DNA of 64,000 nucleotides from an uncultured delta proteobacterium (GTDB lineage Bacteria; Desulfobacterota; Desulfobacteria; Desulfobacterales; QNYZ01): NCBI GenBank assembly GCA_963845145.1, contig CAWJQU010000005.1, positions 1,024,001 to 1,088,000 of the forward strand, read 5' to 3'. Shown piece by piece: positions 49,354 to 59,453 of this stretch (position 1 is its first letter; each line of letters starts with the position of its first letter). The notes under the pieces were generated by a model. It saw only the letters and a program-made list of their open reading frames with translations, ran no database searches and was not told where the DNA came from. The position numbers and the translations under genes were made by a program.

Positions 49354-50676
49354 ATGCATGAAAAAAACAATCGCAGGACAATATTCGGATGGTGCATGTA
49401 CGACTGGGCAAATTCTGCTTTTGCGACGACTGTTCTCGCTGCTTTACTTCCAGCCTACTTTGCTGGTGAGGTTGTTGGCCCTGAGGGTGTGATGATTGGT
49501 GGTACACTCTACAGCGCGACTACCCTTTGGGGATTTGTGGTCGCTTTTGCAGCCTTTCTTATCTTTATGATTGCCCCGGTTCTGGGGGCTATAGCTGATT
49601 ATTCCGGAACAAAAAAAAAGTTTTTACTTTCATTTGCATACGGTGGTTCACTTTTCACGATATTACTCTTTTTCTGTGGGTCTGGAGATGTGATCAAAAC
49701 CCTGTTGATTTTCCTTGTTGCCCAGATTGGTTTTATCGCCGGTAATGTCTTCTATGACGCTTTTTTGCCACAAATTGCTACTGAGGATAAAATAGACTGG
49801 GTATCCGGTAAGGGCTTTTCATTCGGTTACCTCGGAGGTGGGCTTCAGTTCGCAATTGCTTTGGGGATTGTTGCAGGACATAAACAGTTAGGTATTTCGC
49901 AACCGATGGCAGCCCGCATAGGTTTAGCGTTGGCAGGAATGTGGTGGGCGGGTTTTACCTTATTCACGGTCAAATACCTCCGTGAAGTACCGCAAACCGA
50001 AACCTTGCCTAAAGATTCCAATGGAAAGCACTCGTTTTTTGCATATGCATCCGTCGGATTTTCCAGGCTGTTTAAGACAGCTCGGCGAGTGAGCCATTTT
50101 CGGCACTTATTGATTTTCCTGATTGCCTTCATGCTTTACAACGATGGAATTCAAACCGTCATCAACATGGCCACCATCTATGGGAAAGAAGAATTGAACC
50201 TTACGACAACAACGCTCATGTTTACCCTTTTGATCATTCAAACGATCGCTATTTTCGGAGCTCTTGCCTTTAGCCGTCTTGCTGGTCTGATCGGAGCAAA
50301 GCGTGCGGTGATGATAACTCTTGTTCTATGGTCCGGAATCGTTATTTACGCTTACTTTATTAATTCAGCTAAAGAATATTTTATTCTGGGGGCTGTCGTG
50401 GGGATCGTTTTGGGTGGATCTCAGGCGCTCAGTCGATCTCTGTATGGCTCGATGGTTCCCGAAGATGCGAGTGCTGAATTTTATGGCTTTTACAGTGTTT
50501 TTAGTAAATTTTCTGCCATCTGGGGTCCCATGGCTTTTGCCATCATACGCCATTTTTCCGGATCATCAAGGCTTTCGATCGTCTCATTGATCATTTTCTT
50601 CATCGCTGGTTTGATTTTGCTTTCTTTTGTTAATATAGAAAAAGCTCGTGAAGCGAAAGAAGCCGGAGCATTCTAA
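49354..50676 (+). CDS. MFS transporter, UMF1/Atg22-like
   Basis: WCMYDWANSAF, FYDAFLP, YNDGIQT, QALSRS; start could be GTG 49342. Confidence 0.88.
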   Translation: MHEKNNRRTIFGWCMYDWANSAFATTVLAALLPAYFAGEVVGPEGVMIGGTLYSATTLWGFVVAFAAFLIFMIAPVLGAIADYSGTKKKFLLSFAYGGSLFTILLFFCGSGDVIKTLLIFLVAQIGFIAGNVFYDAFLPQIATEDKIDWVSGKGFSFGYLGGGLQFAIALGIVAGHKQLGISQPMAARIGLALAGMWWAGFTLFTVKYLREVPQTETLPKDSNGKHSFFAYASVGFSRLFKTARRVSHFRHLLIFLIAFMLYNDGIQTVINMATIYGKEELNLTTTTLMFTLLIIQTIAIFGALAFSRLAGLIGAKRAVMITLVLWSGIVIYAYFINSAKEYFILGAVVGIVLGGSQALSRSLYGSMVPEDASAEFYGFYSVFSKFSAIWGPMAFAIIRHFSGSSRLSIVSLIIFFIAGLILLSFVNIEKAREAKEAGAF

Positions 50677-50836
50677 CTTGAAAAGTACCAAAAAGTTTAA
50701 ATGCAGCTAATTTCAAAATGAAAGCCATATTATTATAATTATAACCGATTGTAATAAAAAATTTTGCGGTATCCATAAAGTTCAAGTGCGAAGAATCCTG
50801 AAATTGTGTCGAGATCCCACTTGATTTCATCACATT

Positions 50837-51180
50837 TTATTTTAGCCGATTGAATCGAAACGCATATTCATCGAGATAGTTTTGAAGATATTTGGATTCA
50901 AAACGCCCCTGAAAGGTTCCTCGAATCAATCTTTTAACCAACGAAGCAATGAGAGGGACGCCTTATAGTCCATCATGATTATTGTTTGATTGGGATTGAT
51001 TGACCGGATCATGACTTTGATCTTTGAGAATGGGTGGATAACTTGGCCCCGCGTCGGTAACGATTGTTTTGGCTTCGGCGCCTCGCCCGCACTTACCGGA
51101 TTTCTCACCGCCGATGACAAATTCATCTACCTCGACCCATCCGGACAATTTCTCGCGACCCTGAGGTATTGTGCAGAGGC
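50837..51180 (-). pseudogene. Degraded IS1595-family transposase
   Basis: LSGWVEVDEFVIGG..GRGA, internal deletion, stop at 50963, then ASLVKRLIRGTFQG..YLQNYLDEYAFRFNR in the same frame. Confidence 0.8.
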
Positions 51181-51181
51181 A

Positions 51182-51240
51182 CCTTAACCACACAATGGAA
51201 CCGACGCAGTAAACTGCGCGGGGTATCGTGAACGTTAGCC
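51182..51240 (+). other. attC-like (59-be) recombination site
   Basis: ccttAAC-cacacaatggaaccgac-gcagt-aa-actgc-gcggggtatcgtgaac-GTTagcc; 59 bp, AAC...GTT ends with central hairpin. Confidence 0.55.
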
Positions 51241-51339
51241 ATCTTCCTTGCCACATAGAAATGTTTGCTGTTGCCATTGCCGTAAAGTGCTGAACTGTCC
51301 GTGGAATTGCGTAACATCATCAAAAAAGAGGGGCCCGCG

Positions 51340-52707
51340 ATGAAACTTGTGTTTGTCAATATTATGCATGATCTGTATCAGCTCGACTCGACGGCGACGA
51401 TCTCCCAGCCGCCGGTGCCGCTGGCCGTGCTGAACGCCGTGACCTCAAAGGCCTTTGAAACGGCCCTGGTAGACGAGCAGACGGACGCGGTCCGATTCGA
51501 TGGTGATGTCTTTGCGTTCAGCCTGGCGACCCAGTTCGCTGGAAAGGTGTACCGCTATGCTGACGAGTTGCGCGCGGCCGGGAAGACGGTTATTCTGGGC
51601 GGCATCCATGTTACCGTCTGTCCAGAGGAGGCAATGCGCCACGCGGACGCCATTGTGACGGGTGAAGCCGAATCCCTCTGGCCGACAATCTGCGAGGATC
51701 TGCTGGCCGGAACGCTGCAAACGCGATACGTCGGTTCGCCGACTTCCCCTTCGCGGATGGTGCCGATTGACTACCGCTTCTTCGCCAATCGGCCGTACCA
51801 GACGCCCGCCTCGCTGTTTGCCACACGCGGCTGTCAGTATCGCTGCTCGTTCTGCGTGAGTTCACGCTACATGGGCCCGTTCCGCACCAAACCGATAGAC
51901 GTGCTTGAACAGGAGATCAACCAACTGCATTCGCTCTACCCCCACGCCTTTCTACAATTCACGGACGACAATCTCCTGGCGGATCGAGACTACGGCGCCG
52001 AGGTGCTCGCACTGCTGCGCCGGAAAAAACGACGCTTCGTCACCATGATTACGCTGGAACAACTCTGTGACGGCGCGCTCATGCAAGCGATGGCGTCCTC
52101 CGGCTGCCTTGGTGTTGCAGTCGGGGTTGAGTCTGTCGACGACGACAACTGCGTGTCCGTGGGCAAGCGCCACAACGTGGGCCAGCCGTTTTCGGAGGCC
52201 GTGCGTCAGGCTAACGACCTGGGCATTCAGGTGTGCGCCCTGCTGATGGTGGGGCTTCCGCATGATACTCCGGACAGACTAGCGCGCACGCTGCATGTTC
52301 TGAAACAGGTGCCGTGTTCAGTGTTCGACCTCCGCATTCTCCGAATCTATCCTGGCTCCAAACTCTACGACAAGATGCGCATCCAGGGCTCGGTCACCGA
52401 CACCTGGTGGTTGGGACCGGAACCGGTGGCCACCAATCATTTCTTGCCCGGCCATTTGCGTGTTCACTTCACACATGACCACTTCAACCCGATGCAGTTG
52501 CAGTCGGTCACACTGTCCCTCACGCGCGAATTGAACCGAATGAACTCCAAGGCTGGGTTTCACATATTGCGCGTTGGCCGTCGAGGGCGTGCGCTGAAGT
52601 TCGCCGGACGGATTATGTACGCCCGTAGCCGTTTCGTGAAGCAGGCGCGAACGCTGGGCGCGCTCGTGGATCAGGCCATGACGGAGGAACATGGGGCATG
52701 TTCTTAA
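51340..52707 (+). CDS. B12-binding-like radical SAM protein
   Basis: LGGIHVT, GEAE, TRGCQYRCSFC, FTDDNL; visibly higher GC than its flanks. Confidence 0.88.
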   Translation: MKLVFVNIMHDLYQLDSTATISQPPVPLAVLNAVTSKAFETALVDEQTDAVRFDGDVFAFSLATQFAGKVYRYADELRAAGKTVILGGIHVTVCPEEAMRHADAIVTGEAESLWPTICEDLLAGTLQTRYVGSPTSPSRMVPIDYRFFANRPYQTPASLFATRGCQYRCSFCVSSRYMGPFRTKPIDVLEQEINQLHSLYPHAFLQFTDDNLLADRDYGAEVLALLRRKKRRFVTMITLEQLCDGALMQAMASSGCLGVAVGVESVDDDNCVSVGKRHNVGQPFSEAVRQANDLGIQVCALLMVGLPHDTPDRLARTLHVLKQVPCSVFDLRILRIYPGSKLYDKMRIQGSVTDTWWLGPEPVATNHFLPGHLRVHFTHDHFNPMQLQSVTLSLTRELNRMNSKAGFHILRVGRRGRALKFAGRIMYARSRFVKQARTLGALVDQAMTEEHGACS

Positions 52708-53351
52708 ACCACGTTCAGCCCATGGAATCCTGTTCAGCCGTGTTCTATCTTGGCTCACTCTGCAGAAGCAGGAATAATTGATAATATGTTATTAATAAAG
52801 GGTTTATGGCTAGCGTTGCAAAAGACCCCAACCGCGCTCGGCAGTATTGACATATTTCTGTCGCATAACGGTTCGGTGGTTCTTCGAGGTTCGTTGCCCG
52901 TTGTCACATCGCGGTTTGGGCTTCTGGACGCAGGCGTTACTGATTTCTCCGACCATGTCGGCAATAATTCCAATGTGTTTGATAACCCAAGAAACTCTCA
53001 ATTATCAGCAGCATATATAATTTTCCGATAATTACAGAAGGGATCAGATATTTTTAATGAAACAGCAGTCATTTAGATCACGACTATAGTCGATGGAGGT
53101 CAGATTTTTTCAAACCGATTAAAACAGGAATCATTCCACTTTAAATCTTAATGTGGTTCAACTGTGCGATCTTGACAATTGTGTCTTATTAAGTTCAGTG
53201 TGGATTTTGAATGACCTATAGCAAGTATCCAGCGGGCAGATCGATCGCATTAGGGTCAAATTTAATTCAAGTGACATAATAAAGATCTCCTGTGATGATA
53301 TTCGTAAATGATATCATCTACGCAGTATTCCTTTTTACGGATGGAGGAAAA

Positions 53352-54188
53352 GTGAGCATAGAAACGGAGGCTATCACCACGAGTTCAGGTTGCAGTGGTA
53401 TCGAAACCGTTAAGATTTACGTGCGGCACAGCTGGTGGCCCAAACAATTCCGGAAAGATAAAAAAGTCGCTTTGTCGAAGATTTACGTCAAACGGATTAA
53501 GAAGCTGATTGGCGAGATTTTCGGGAAACAAACTGGCCGTGCTGCGCTGGAGGAGGTCGTTCGGTTTAAAAAAACTGTGTTTATAATTCCCCGAGTCATT
53601 GGAACCACTGTAAAATCAACTACAAAGCAAGGCTTTTTTAATGCTTCAGCTCGCGCACACGATAAATTTGGGGCTGAGTCCTTAGGACGAGGCAGCCATG
53701 TAACGGTGCCATTTCTTCCACAGGCCTGGGGACTTGGAGGGTTGCCCGTCGCTTTTACTCCCGATACCGTGTTGCTTCACGAATTGATACACGCACTCCG
53801 TATGACCGTTGGGACATTAACTTTACCAGATCCCGTTTTGGACCCCGTAGTTGATTGGCGGCACGTTCCTAAAATGGGTTGGAAGAGCCGTGAGTTGTCA
53901 CCCGATTTCAAAAATAAATGGAAAAACATTGAAGAGTTTATTGCTGTCCTCGTAGTAAACATTTACCGCTCGGAAAAGGGGCAGGGGCTGCGGGCGAGAT
54001 ACTCCGGGGCCAACAAACATGGCGTTATGACGGTATCTGAACAGCGAAAATTCGCTTCAGACTACGGCCAAATTATAGATGCATTGATTAGAGACCATGC
54101 TGATTTCGCAAGAAAGCTCAGAGATGTTCGCGCCCCATTCAACCCTGTACGCGATCGTCTAGTAGCCCGAGGCCTAAAGCGAAAGTAA
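53352..54188 (+). CDS. HEXXH zinc metalloprotease, M91/NleD-like
   Basis: VLLHELIHALR..G, downstream EEF..NIYRSE.G..LR..Y; GGAGG RBS before GTG 53352. Confidence 0.65.
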   Translation: MSIETEAITTSSGCSGIETVKIYVRHSWWPKQFRKDKKVALSKIYVKRIKKLIGEIFGKQTGRAALEEVVRFKKTVFIIPRVIGTTVKSTTKQGFFNASARAHDKFGAESLGRGSHVTVPFLPQAWGLGGLPVAFTPDTVLLHELIHALRMTVGTLTLPDPVLDPVVDWRHVPKMGWKSRELSPDFKNKWKNIEEFIAVLVVNIYRSEKGQGLRARYSGANKHGVMTVSEQRKFASDYGQIIDALIRDHADFARKLRDVRAPFNPVRDRLVARGLKRK

Positions 54189-54470
54189 GACCCACAATCG
54201 TTGTTTCGTGAAAGTAATAAAAGTAATAGCAAGATCACTCTGTGGTCAGGCTATTGGCAGAAAAAATCAAATCGATTGTCAATCTACCTCCGAACATCGA
54301 CGATTAAGGAGGCTTCTGAATAGCTGGGATAATATACTGTCAAGCGATGTCCTGATTAGACTGTCGGTCTTATCAATTTCTGGACCCCTCGGCCCCTTGC
54401 TTGGGTCCATCAACCGTCGGCTGAGCCCTTTTTAAGATCGTTCACTTGGAAAAAAAGAAGGTTTATCGGC

Positions 54471-55424
54471 CTACCCTATTTGAAAATGGTTGGCCCATTT
54501 TCGCGGGCCAAAGTGCATACATGCCTGTGCTGCGATTTTGGCCGATTTTTCTAAAAGGTGGGCAAAATGGTCAGTGGGTGAATCGGCGTAGAAATAGGCG
54601 TAGGCTCCATGGAAAATATCTCCTGCGGCCAGTGTGTCCCGGACAGCAGATGGCGGCGGGGGAATGGCCTCAAACCGGTTGCCGTTTTCCAGGGCCAGAA
54701 TGGATTGTTCGCCCCGGGTTATGGCGGCTCTTGCCACATTTTGGTCGCTGAGCCAATTTAAGGTGTCATCGCTCGAGCGGATCGCCGGGGGTTTGAATGC
54801 GGACGAGCATATGGCTGAATCCGTATACTGAAGCAAATCCTCCGTACCCGGCTTCCAGCTACCTCCATCCAAAATCGTGTGAATGCCGGCTTTTTGGCAA
54901 GCTTTCGCCAATGGGATGGCCAGCGCCATGTATTGGCCGTCGAAAAGTGCCGTCTTGTACCCGGATAAGTCCAGATCCCCCACATGAAAATCCTTCGATG
55001 GCATATGTTTGGCGTTGATCGAGACCACGGAACGGTCGCCATTGTTTTTTGAAATGTAAATGGATGACATGGTGGGCACTGATTGATAGGTGGGGCAAAG
55101 ATCAATATGTTTTATTTTGTAATTTTTTAGCTCGTTGTGGACGATAGATGTTAAGGGGTGCGATCCCAATCCGCTCACCAGGGAAGCCTTGCCGCCGAGG
55201 GTGCTGAAGGTGATGGCCGCATTAGAGCTGGGGCCACCGGTGCACAACAACTGTTGGTGCGCAGTTATTTTCTCGTTTCGTTGGGGGGGATTATCGACGA
55301 GATAAATGCTGTCGATAGTGGATATGCCGAAGAACAACCCTTTTTTATCCGGCCCGGGTATATCCGATCCAGGTATATCCGATCCAGGTATATCCGAATT
55401 GGCCTTATCCAATCTGGTCATCAT
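54471..55424 (-). CDS. PfkB-family carbohydrate kinase
   Basis: GGPSSNAA, ITRGE, DTLAAGDIFHG. Confidence 0.88.
   Translation of the reverse strand: MMTRLDKANSDIPGSDIPGSDIPGPDKKGLFFGISTIDSIYLVDNPPQRNEKITAHQQLLCTGGPSSNAAITFSTLGGKASLVSGLGSHPLTSIVHNELKNYKIKHIDLCPTYQSVPTMSSIYISKNNGDRSVVSINAKHMPSKDFHVGDLDLSGYKTALFDGQYMALAIPLAKACQKAGIHTILDGGSWKPGTEDLLQYTDSAICSSAFKPPAIRSSDDTLNWLSDQNVARAAITRGEQSILALENGNRFEAIPPPPSAVRDTLAAGDIFHGAYAYFYADSPTDHFAHLLEKSAKIAAQACMHFGPRKWANHFQIG
55354..55398 (-). repeat. 15-bp tandem repeat x3 (SDIPG) in the kinase N-terminus
   Basis: ccgggtatatccgat-ccaggtatatccgat-ccaggtatatccgaa. Confidence 0.85.
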
Positions 55425-55451
55425 CCGATAGGTCAGCCATCCATTGACGTT

Positions 55452-56624
55452 TTATACGAGCCCCGCTTCACTCAGCGGTCGCTTCGCAAGAATCCGTTCT
55501 GGTGTGAAAATGGACAAATCCAAAGATACCGGTACACCTAATATCAATTCAGACAGGTAGCGACCCACGGCGGGTGCTTGTTGCAGTCCGTGACCTGAGA
55601 AACCATTGGCAAGGTAAAACCCCTTGATCTCCGGCCATTCTCCCAAAATAGCGTTGCCATCCAGGGTGTTGACGGCATAGAGGCCCGCCCAACCACGCAC
55701 CAATTTGAGCCGGTCAAAGGCAGGAACAAATTCGGCCAACTCGGGCCAGAGGATTTCCATAAACCGTTTGTCATCCCAGGTAAATGAAAACCCGGTGGGA
55801 TCCTCATCCATGGATTTTCCCAGCAATAAAAGGCCGCCTGTTTCTGATCTAAAATACATGCCCGAGGGTAAAACGGTCAACGGTAGTGGCCCTTCCGGCT
55901 TGACGGCAGTATCTAGTACAAATATCTGCCGTTTGACCGGTTTGATCGGAAGGGTCACGCCGATGGTCGCAGCGATAGTGGTCGCCCAGGCACCGGCACA
56001 ATTAATAACGCAAGGCGCAATCAGGTGCCCCTCTTGGGCCAGTTCGACACCGGTTATCTGCCCCTTGTCCATGGTGATGGCCGTAACTTCATCGACCATA
56101 TATTCGGCATTGAGAGATCGGGCTTTGGCTTTGTATGCCATCAGGGCCGCATAGGCGTCAAAATGGCCGTCTTGGGGCCCAAAGGTGCCGCCCGCCAAAC
56201 CATCGGTATTGTAAAGAGGGTACTGCGCTTTGATTTCCTCGGAAGTCCACCAATTCACTTCACATCCCAAGCGCTGTTGCATCTTGAGCGCGTCTTTGGC
56301 GGCATCGTATCCGGTTTCATCGACCAAAAAGAGGTTGCCTTCCTGGCGAAAATAAATCTTCGGCGTCATATCATCGACAGCCATGGTCTCTTCAAAATGT
56401 TTGAGAACCTCAAAGGTGTATTGAGAGATCTTCACATTCTCGGGCAGGCTGAATTGAATCCGAACATTGGTGGCCGACAATGTTGTCGAAGCTTGTGCAT
56501 AGGTTGGATCCCGCTCGATCACCACTACGTTGAGCTGCGGGTCCGCCTGCATCAGATAAAAAGCGGCGGCACTACCCATAATGCCGCCGCCGATGATAAT
56601 AATGTCGTATGATTTAGCGGTCAT
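55452..56624 (-). CDS. FAD-dependent oxidoreductase, paralog of 37159..38328
   Basis: IIGGGIMG, NCAGAW, NGFSGHGLQQAPAVGRYLSEL shared with the paralog. Confidence 0.9.
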   Translation of the reverse strand: MTAKSYDIIIIGGGIMGSAAAFYLMQADPQLNVVVIERDPTYAQASTTLSATNVRIQFSLPENVKISQYTFEVLKHFEETMAVDDMTPKIYFRQEGNLFLVDETGYDAAKDALKMQQRLGCEVNWWTSEEIKAQYPLYNTDGLAGGTFGPQDGHFDAYAALMAYKAKARSLNAEYMVDEVTAITMDKGQITGVELAQEGHLIAPCVINCAGAWATTIAATIGVTLPIKPVKRQIFVLDTAVKPEGPLPLTVLPSGMYFRSETGGLLLLGKSMDEDPTGFSFTWDDKRFMEILWPELAEFVPAFDRLKLVRGWAGLYAVNTLDGNAILGEWPEIKGFYLANGFSGHGLQQAPAVGRYLSELILGVPVSLDLSIFTPERILAKRPLSEAGLV

Positions 56625-56653
56625 AAAACACTCCACCCTTGCTTCAAAGGACT

Positions 56654-57178
56654 TTACGATGCAAACTCAGCAAGGATCTTTTCGTAGAGGGCACTAATTT
56701 CGGCCATCAGCGTATCGAATTTTTCTTTAGCCGCCACCCAGGCATCGCCTGTGGCGCTTTTTAGTGTCTCGAGCTGGCCGGCCGCCTCTTTTTTCTTGGA
56801 AGTCAATTGGTCCATTTGCTCCTTAAATTTCCCTTTGGCCGCATCACCCAGGCTCGCTGCTTTGGCGCCGAGCGCTTCGAACTTGGTATCAAAATCACCC
56901 AGCTCGTTTTTAACTTTGTCCATGTACGTGTCAATTTTATCCTTGGTCCATTCCGTTGCAGAGGCGACGGTCTCTTTGACCTCGGCCGTCGCTTCTTTTG
57001 CGACTTCGGTGGCCTTCTCAGCCGTTTCTTTAACTTTTTCAGTCATTTCCTTGGTGGCTGATGCTGCTTTATCCGCGGTGGATTCCGGTTTGTCGCTGCA
57101 GGCACTAAAAAAAACGCAAGCAATACCCAGAATAATCCATTTACCCCATCCTCTTGGTCTAATCTTTTTTGGTTTCAT
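56654..57178 (-). CDS. Helical-repeat lipoprotein
   Basis: Lipobox FSAC; A/K/E/T-rich roughly 11-mer amphipathic repeats. Confidence 0.72.
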   Translation of the reverse strand: MKPKKIRPRGWGKWIILGIACVFFSACSDKPESTADKAASATKEMTEKVKETAEKATEVAKEATAEVKETVASATEWTKDKIDTYMDKVKNELGDFDTKFEALGAKAASLGDAAKGKFKEQMDQLTSKKKEAAGQLETLKSATGDAWVAAKEKFDTLMAEISALYEKILAEFAS

Positions 57179-57469
57179 CTTTTCTCCTCTTTCTGTGATC
57201 AGGTGAATAATTTGAAGACAACACAACACGTTTACAATAAACCAAATATCAAACAGGTCTTTTAAATGATTGCGATGCAAACATCAATAACCATCCGCTT
57301 GATGACGTTAAGATAAGCAGATGCGATCAGAGTGCAATCAATAGCGGGGATAAAGGTCCAAACGATAAGGAATTTTCACTGGAAAATGGAGAATCTCACC
57401 ACAATGGCCTTGAAATAGCGCGAGGAAATCGGTTTTGGGCCAATTTTTATGTTACGTTAGACGGGTAAA

Positions 57470-58150
57470 CTAACCAAATTTTTTTAATCGGGGGCTTTGG
57501 GAAGGTTTAGGTATTTCCGTTTCCATTATCGTCTTAAGGTCTTCCATAATGAATTTGGTAGTCGTATCGGTCAAATGGCGATAAAAAGCCATTTTTGCCT
57601 CTTTTTTTACACGGGTGGCAAAATCGCCGATCCAGGCGCCGATGTGGTCATATAAAAATGACCTTTGAGACCTTAGAAGCCGGATAACCGTTTCGGCTTC
57701 TCCGGATTGAATCGCTTCGATTTCGTTGAAGATCTCAACGTACATGAATTCCAGCTCGGCTGCGATGTGGTCCGGCGCATCTTTGAATGATTTCGCAAGG
57801 GAAAGGCCGCTTTCGAGATATCGCCGGCGGACGTCAGCGGTGGACTTCCCCATAATTTCTCGTTTTCCATCAAGATAGATGGAGCCGTAGGGAGGTGCAG
57901 GCAGTTGGAAGGGGCCGACAAACAGTCGGGCAAACTCGCATTTTAACGCATCCAAATTATTTTTGCGCTGCAGGTCACGCTGCATGAGCCGTGCGGGAGC
58001 CAGGGCTTTAGAACCGATAAAGGTCAATTGTTTTTCAATTTTTCCAAGCTGGGCTACCAAATGGTTTCCGGGAATATAGTAGCAGGCCGACAGCCCCTGG
58101 TAGATATCCATTCGAGCCGTTTCCAACGAAATTAAGTCATTGATGTCCAT
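57470..58150 (-). CDS. TorD/DmsD-family chaperone (ArrD-like)
   Basis: FARLFVGP, PPYGSIYLD, PDHIAAELEFM. Confidence 0.9.
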   Translation of the reverse strand: MDINDLISLETARMDIYQGLSACYYIPGNHLVAQLGKIEKQLTFIGSKALAPARLMQRDLQRKNNLDALKCEFARLFVGPFQLPAPPYGSIYLDGKREIMGKSTADVRRRYLESGLSLAKSFKDAPDHIAAELEFMYVEIFNEIEAIQSGEAETVIRLLRSQRSFLYDHIGAWIGDFATRVKKEAKMAFYRHLTDTTTKFIMEDLKTIMETEIPKPSQSPRLKKFG

Positions 58151-58301
58151 TTAGATCTCTCCAAACATTATATAGACAGGGGTCTTTTAATCATTTTTCA
58201 TTTATAATGGCGCTCCCTTCCGGGGAGAATATCGACACATATTAACCCCGAAAAGGAAAGCGCCAAACCGAGAAAAAGCAGTCGGTTCACCGATTGCTCG
58301 T

Positions 58302-59453
58302 TTACCGTATCGGTTCTACCTCCAGCTTGAAAAAGCGTTCTCCCAGTGTGTAAAGCAGGAGCATGACGCTCACGGCCAATGCGAATACCAGCCACTCCCA
58401 GATACTCGGAAAGTAGCTGATAAAATCCGGATACTGTTCCGCCTTGGGGCCCACCGGCCGGCTCTGGCCGGCCAGCAAAATCTCCATATGCATTGTCAAA
58501 GTTCCCATCAAAACCAGGGCCGAGGCAAGGAGCCGGCTGCCACTACTTTGACGAAGGGCGGGGATGGCCATCATGGCGAAGGGTAGAAAAAGTCCAAGGA
58601 TACTTTCAATATGAAAAGGTCCTACCGCACCAAAGGCATGTTTGAATTTACCGTAACTTAAGAATTCCGGGATCGTCGTGGCCGACTCAAAGGCGTATTT
58701 AACCAGGGTGAATACAACGACCGTGCCAAGAGACCAGGTGAAGATTCTGGTAAAGTCGGTAGCAATCATTCGCCTGGATTCAGATATATTGCTACCCGAA
58801 AGCCAAGCCAGCACCTGATCGTAGAGCAGATATAAGGCCGTGCCGCTCAAAATGCCCATTAACAGACAATAAATGGACATCACCGGACCAAAGTAGGTAA
58901 CCCGGGATTCGGTTAAACCGAACACAGAGCCGATCATCAACGGCGCCACCAGGGCGCACAAAAAAGATATGATCCCCAAAGCCTTGCTGAAACTACTGTG
59001 CCAATCGCCCATGTGCAGCCGCCAGAATTTTAGAATCAGGATCACCAGCTCGACGCTGTAGATGAAGCCCATCCACCAGATCGGAGAACTTAAGTTCGGC
59101 GACAGCAAAATGTAGATCATATGAAAAATGTTGCCCAACTCCAGGCCGATGGAGACAAACCCACCGATCAAGGTGGCAATGGCCAAAAACACCAGGCGTT
59201 TGGCTACCGGCTCATATTTTTTTACATCGAAAACCAGGGGCATCGCCGCCAGGATGGTGAGCCCCGAACTGGTTAGTGCTAGAAAAATATAAACCCCCAG
59301 CGGCAGGGTCCATAGCAGCACGTCGTTGGCGTTGAATAGAGAATGGCCTTCGGTGAGCAGCTTGTAGGCCGCCACCAATCCGGCCAGAATAACAGTGCCG
59401 AGCAATAGCAGCCAAGCACTGTACAGTCCTTTGGAAGTGGTTGCGTCACTCAT
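58302..59453 (-). CDS. NrfD/PsrC-family membrane anchor (ArrC-like)
   Basis: WTLPLGVYIFL, ELG, SSPIWWM, YFPSIWEW; about ten TM helices. Confidence 0.85.
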   Translation of the reverse strand: MSDATTSKGLYSAWLLLLGTVILAGLVAAYKLLTEGHSLFNANDVLLWTLPLGVYIFLALTSSGLTILAAMPLVFDVKKYEPVAKRLVFLAIATLIGGFVSIGLELGNIFHMIYILLSPNLSSPIWWMGFIYSVELVILILKFWRLHMGDWHSSFSKALGIISFLCALVAPLMIGSVFGLTESRVTYFGPVMSIYCLLMGILSGTALYLLYDQVLAWLSGSNISESRRMIATDFTRIFTWSLGTVVVFTLVKYAFESATTIPEFLSYGKFKHAFGAVGPFHIESILGLFLPFAMMAIPALRQSSGSRLLASALVLMGTLTMHMEILLAGQSRPVGPKAEQYPDFISYFPSIWEWLVFALAVSVMLLLYTLGERFFKLEVEPIR

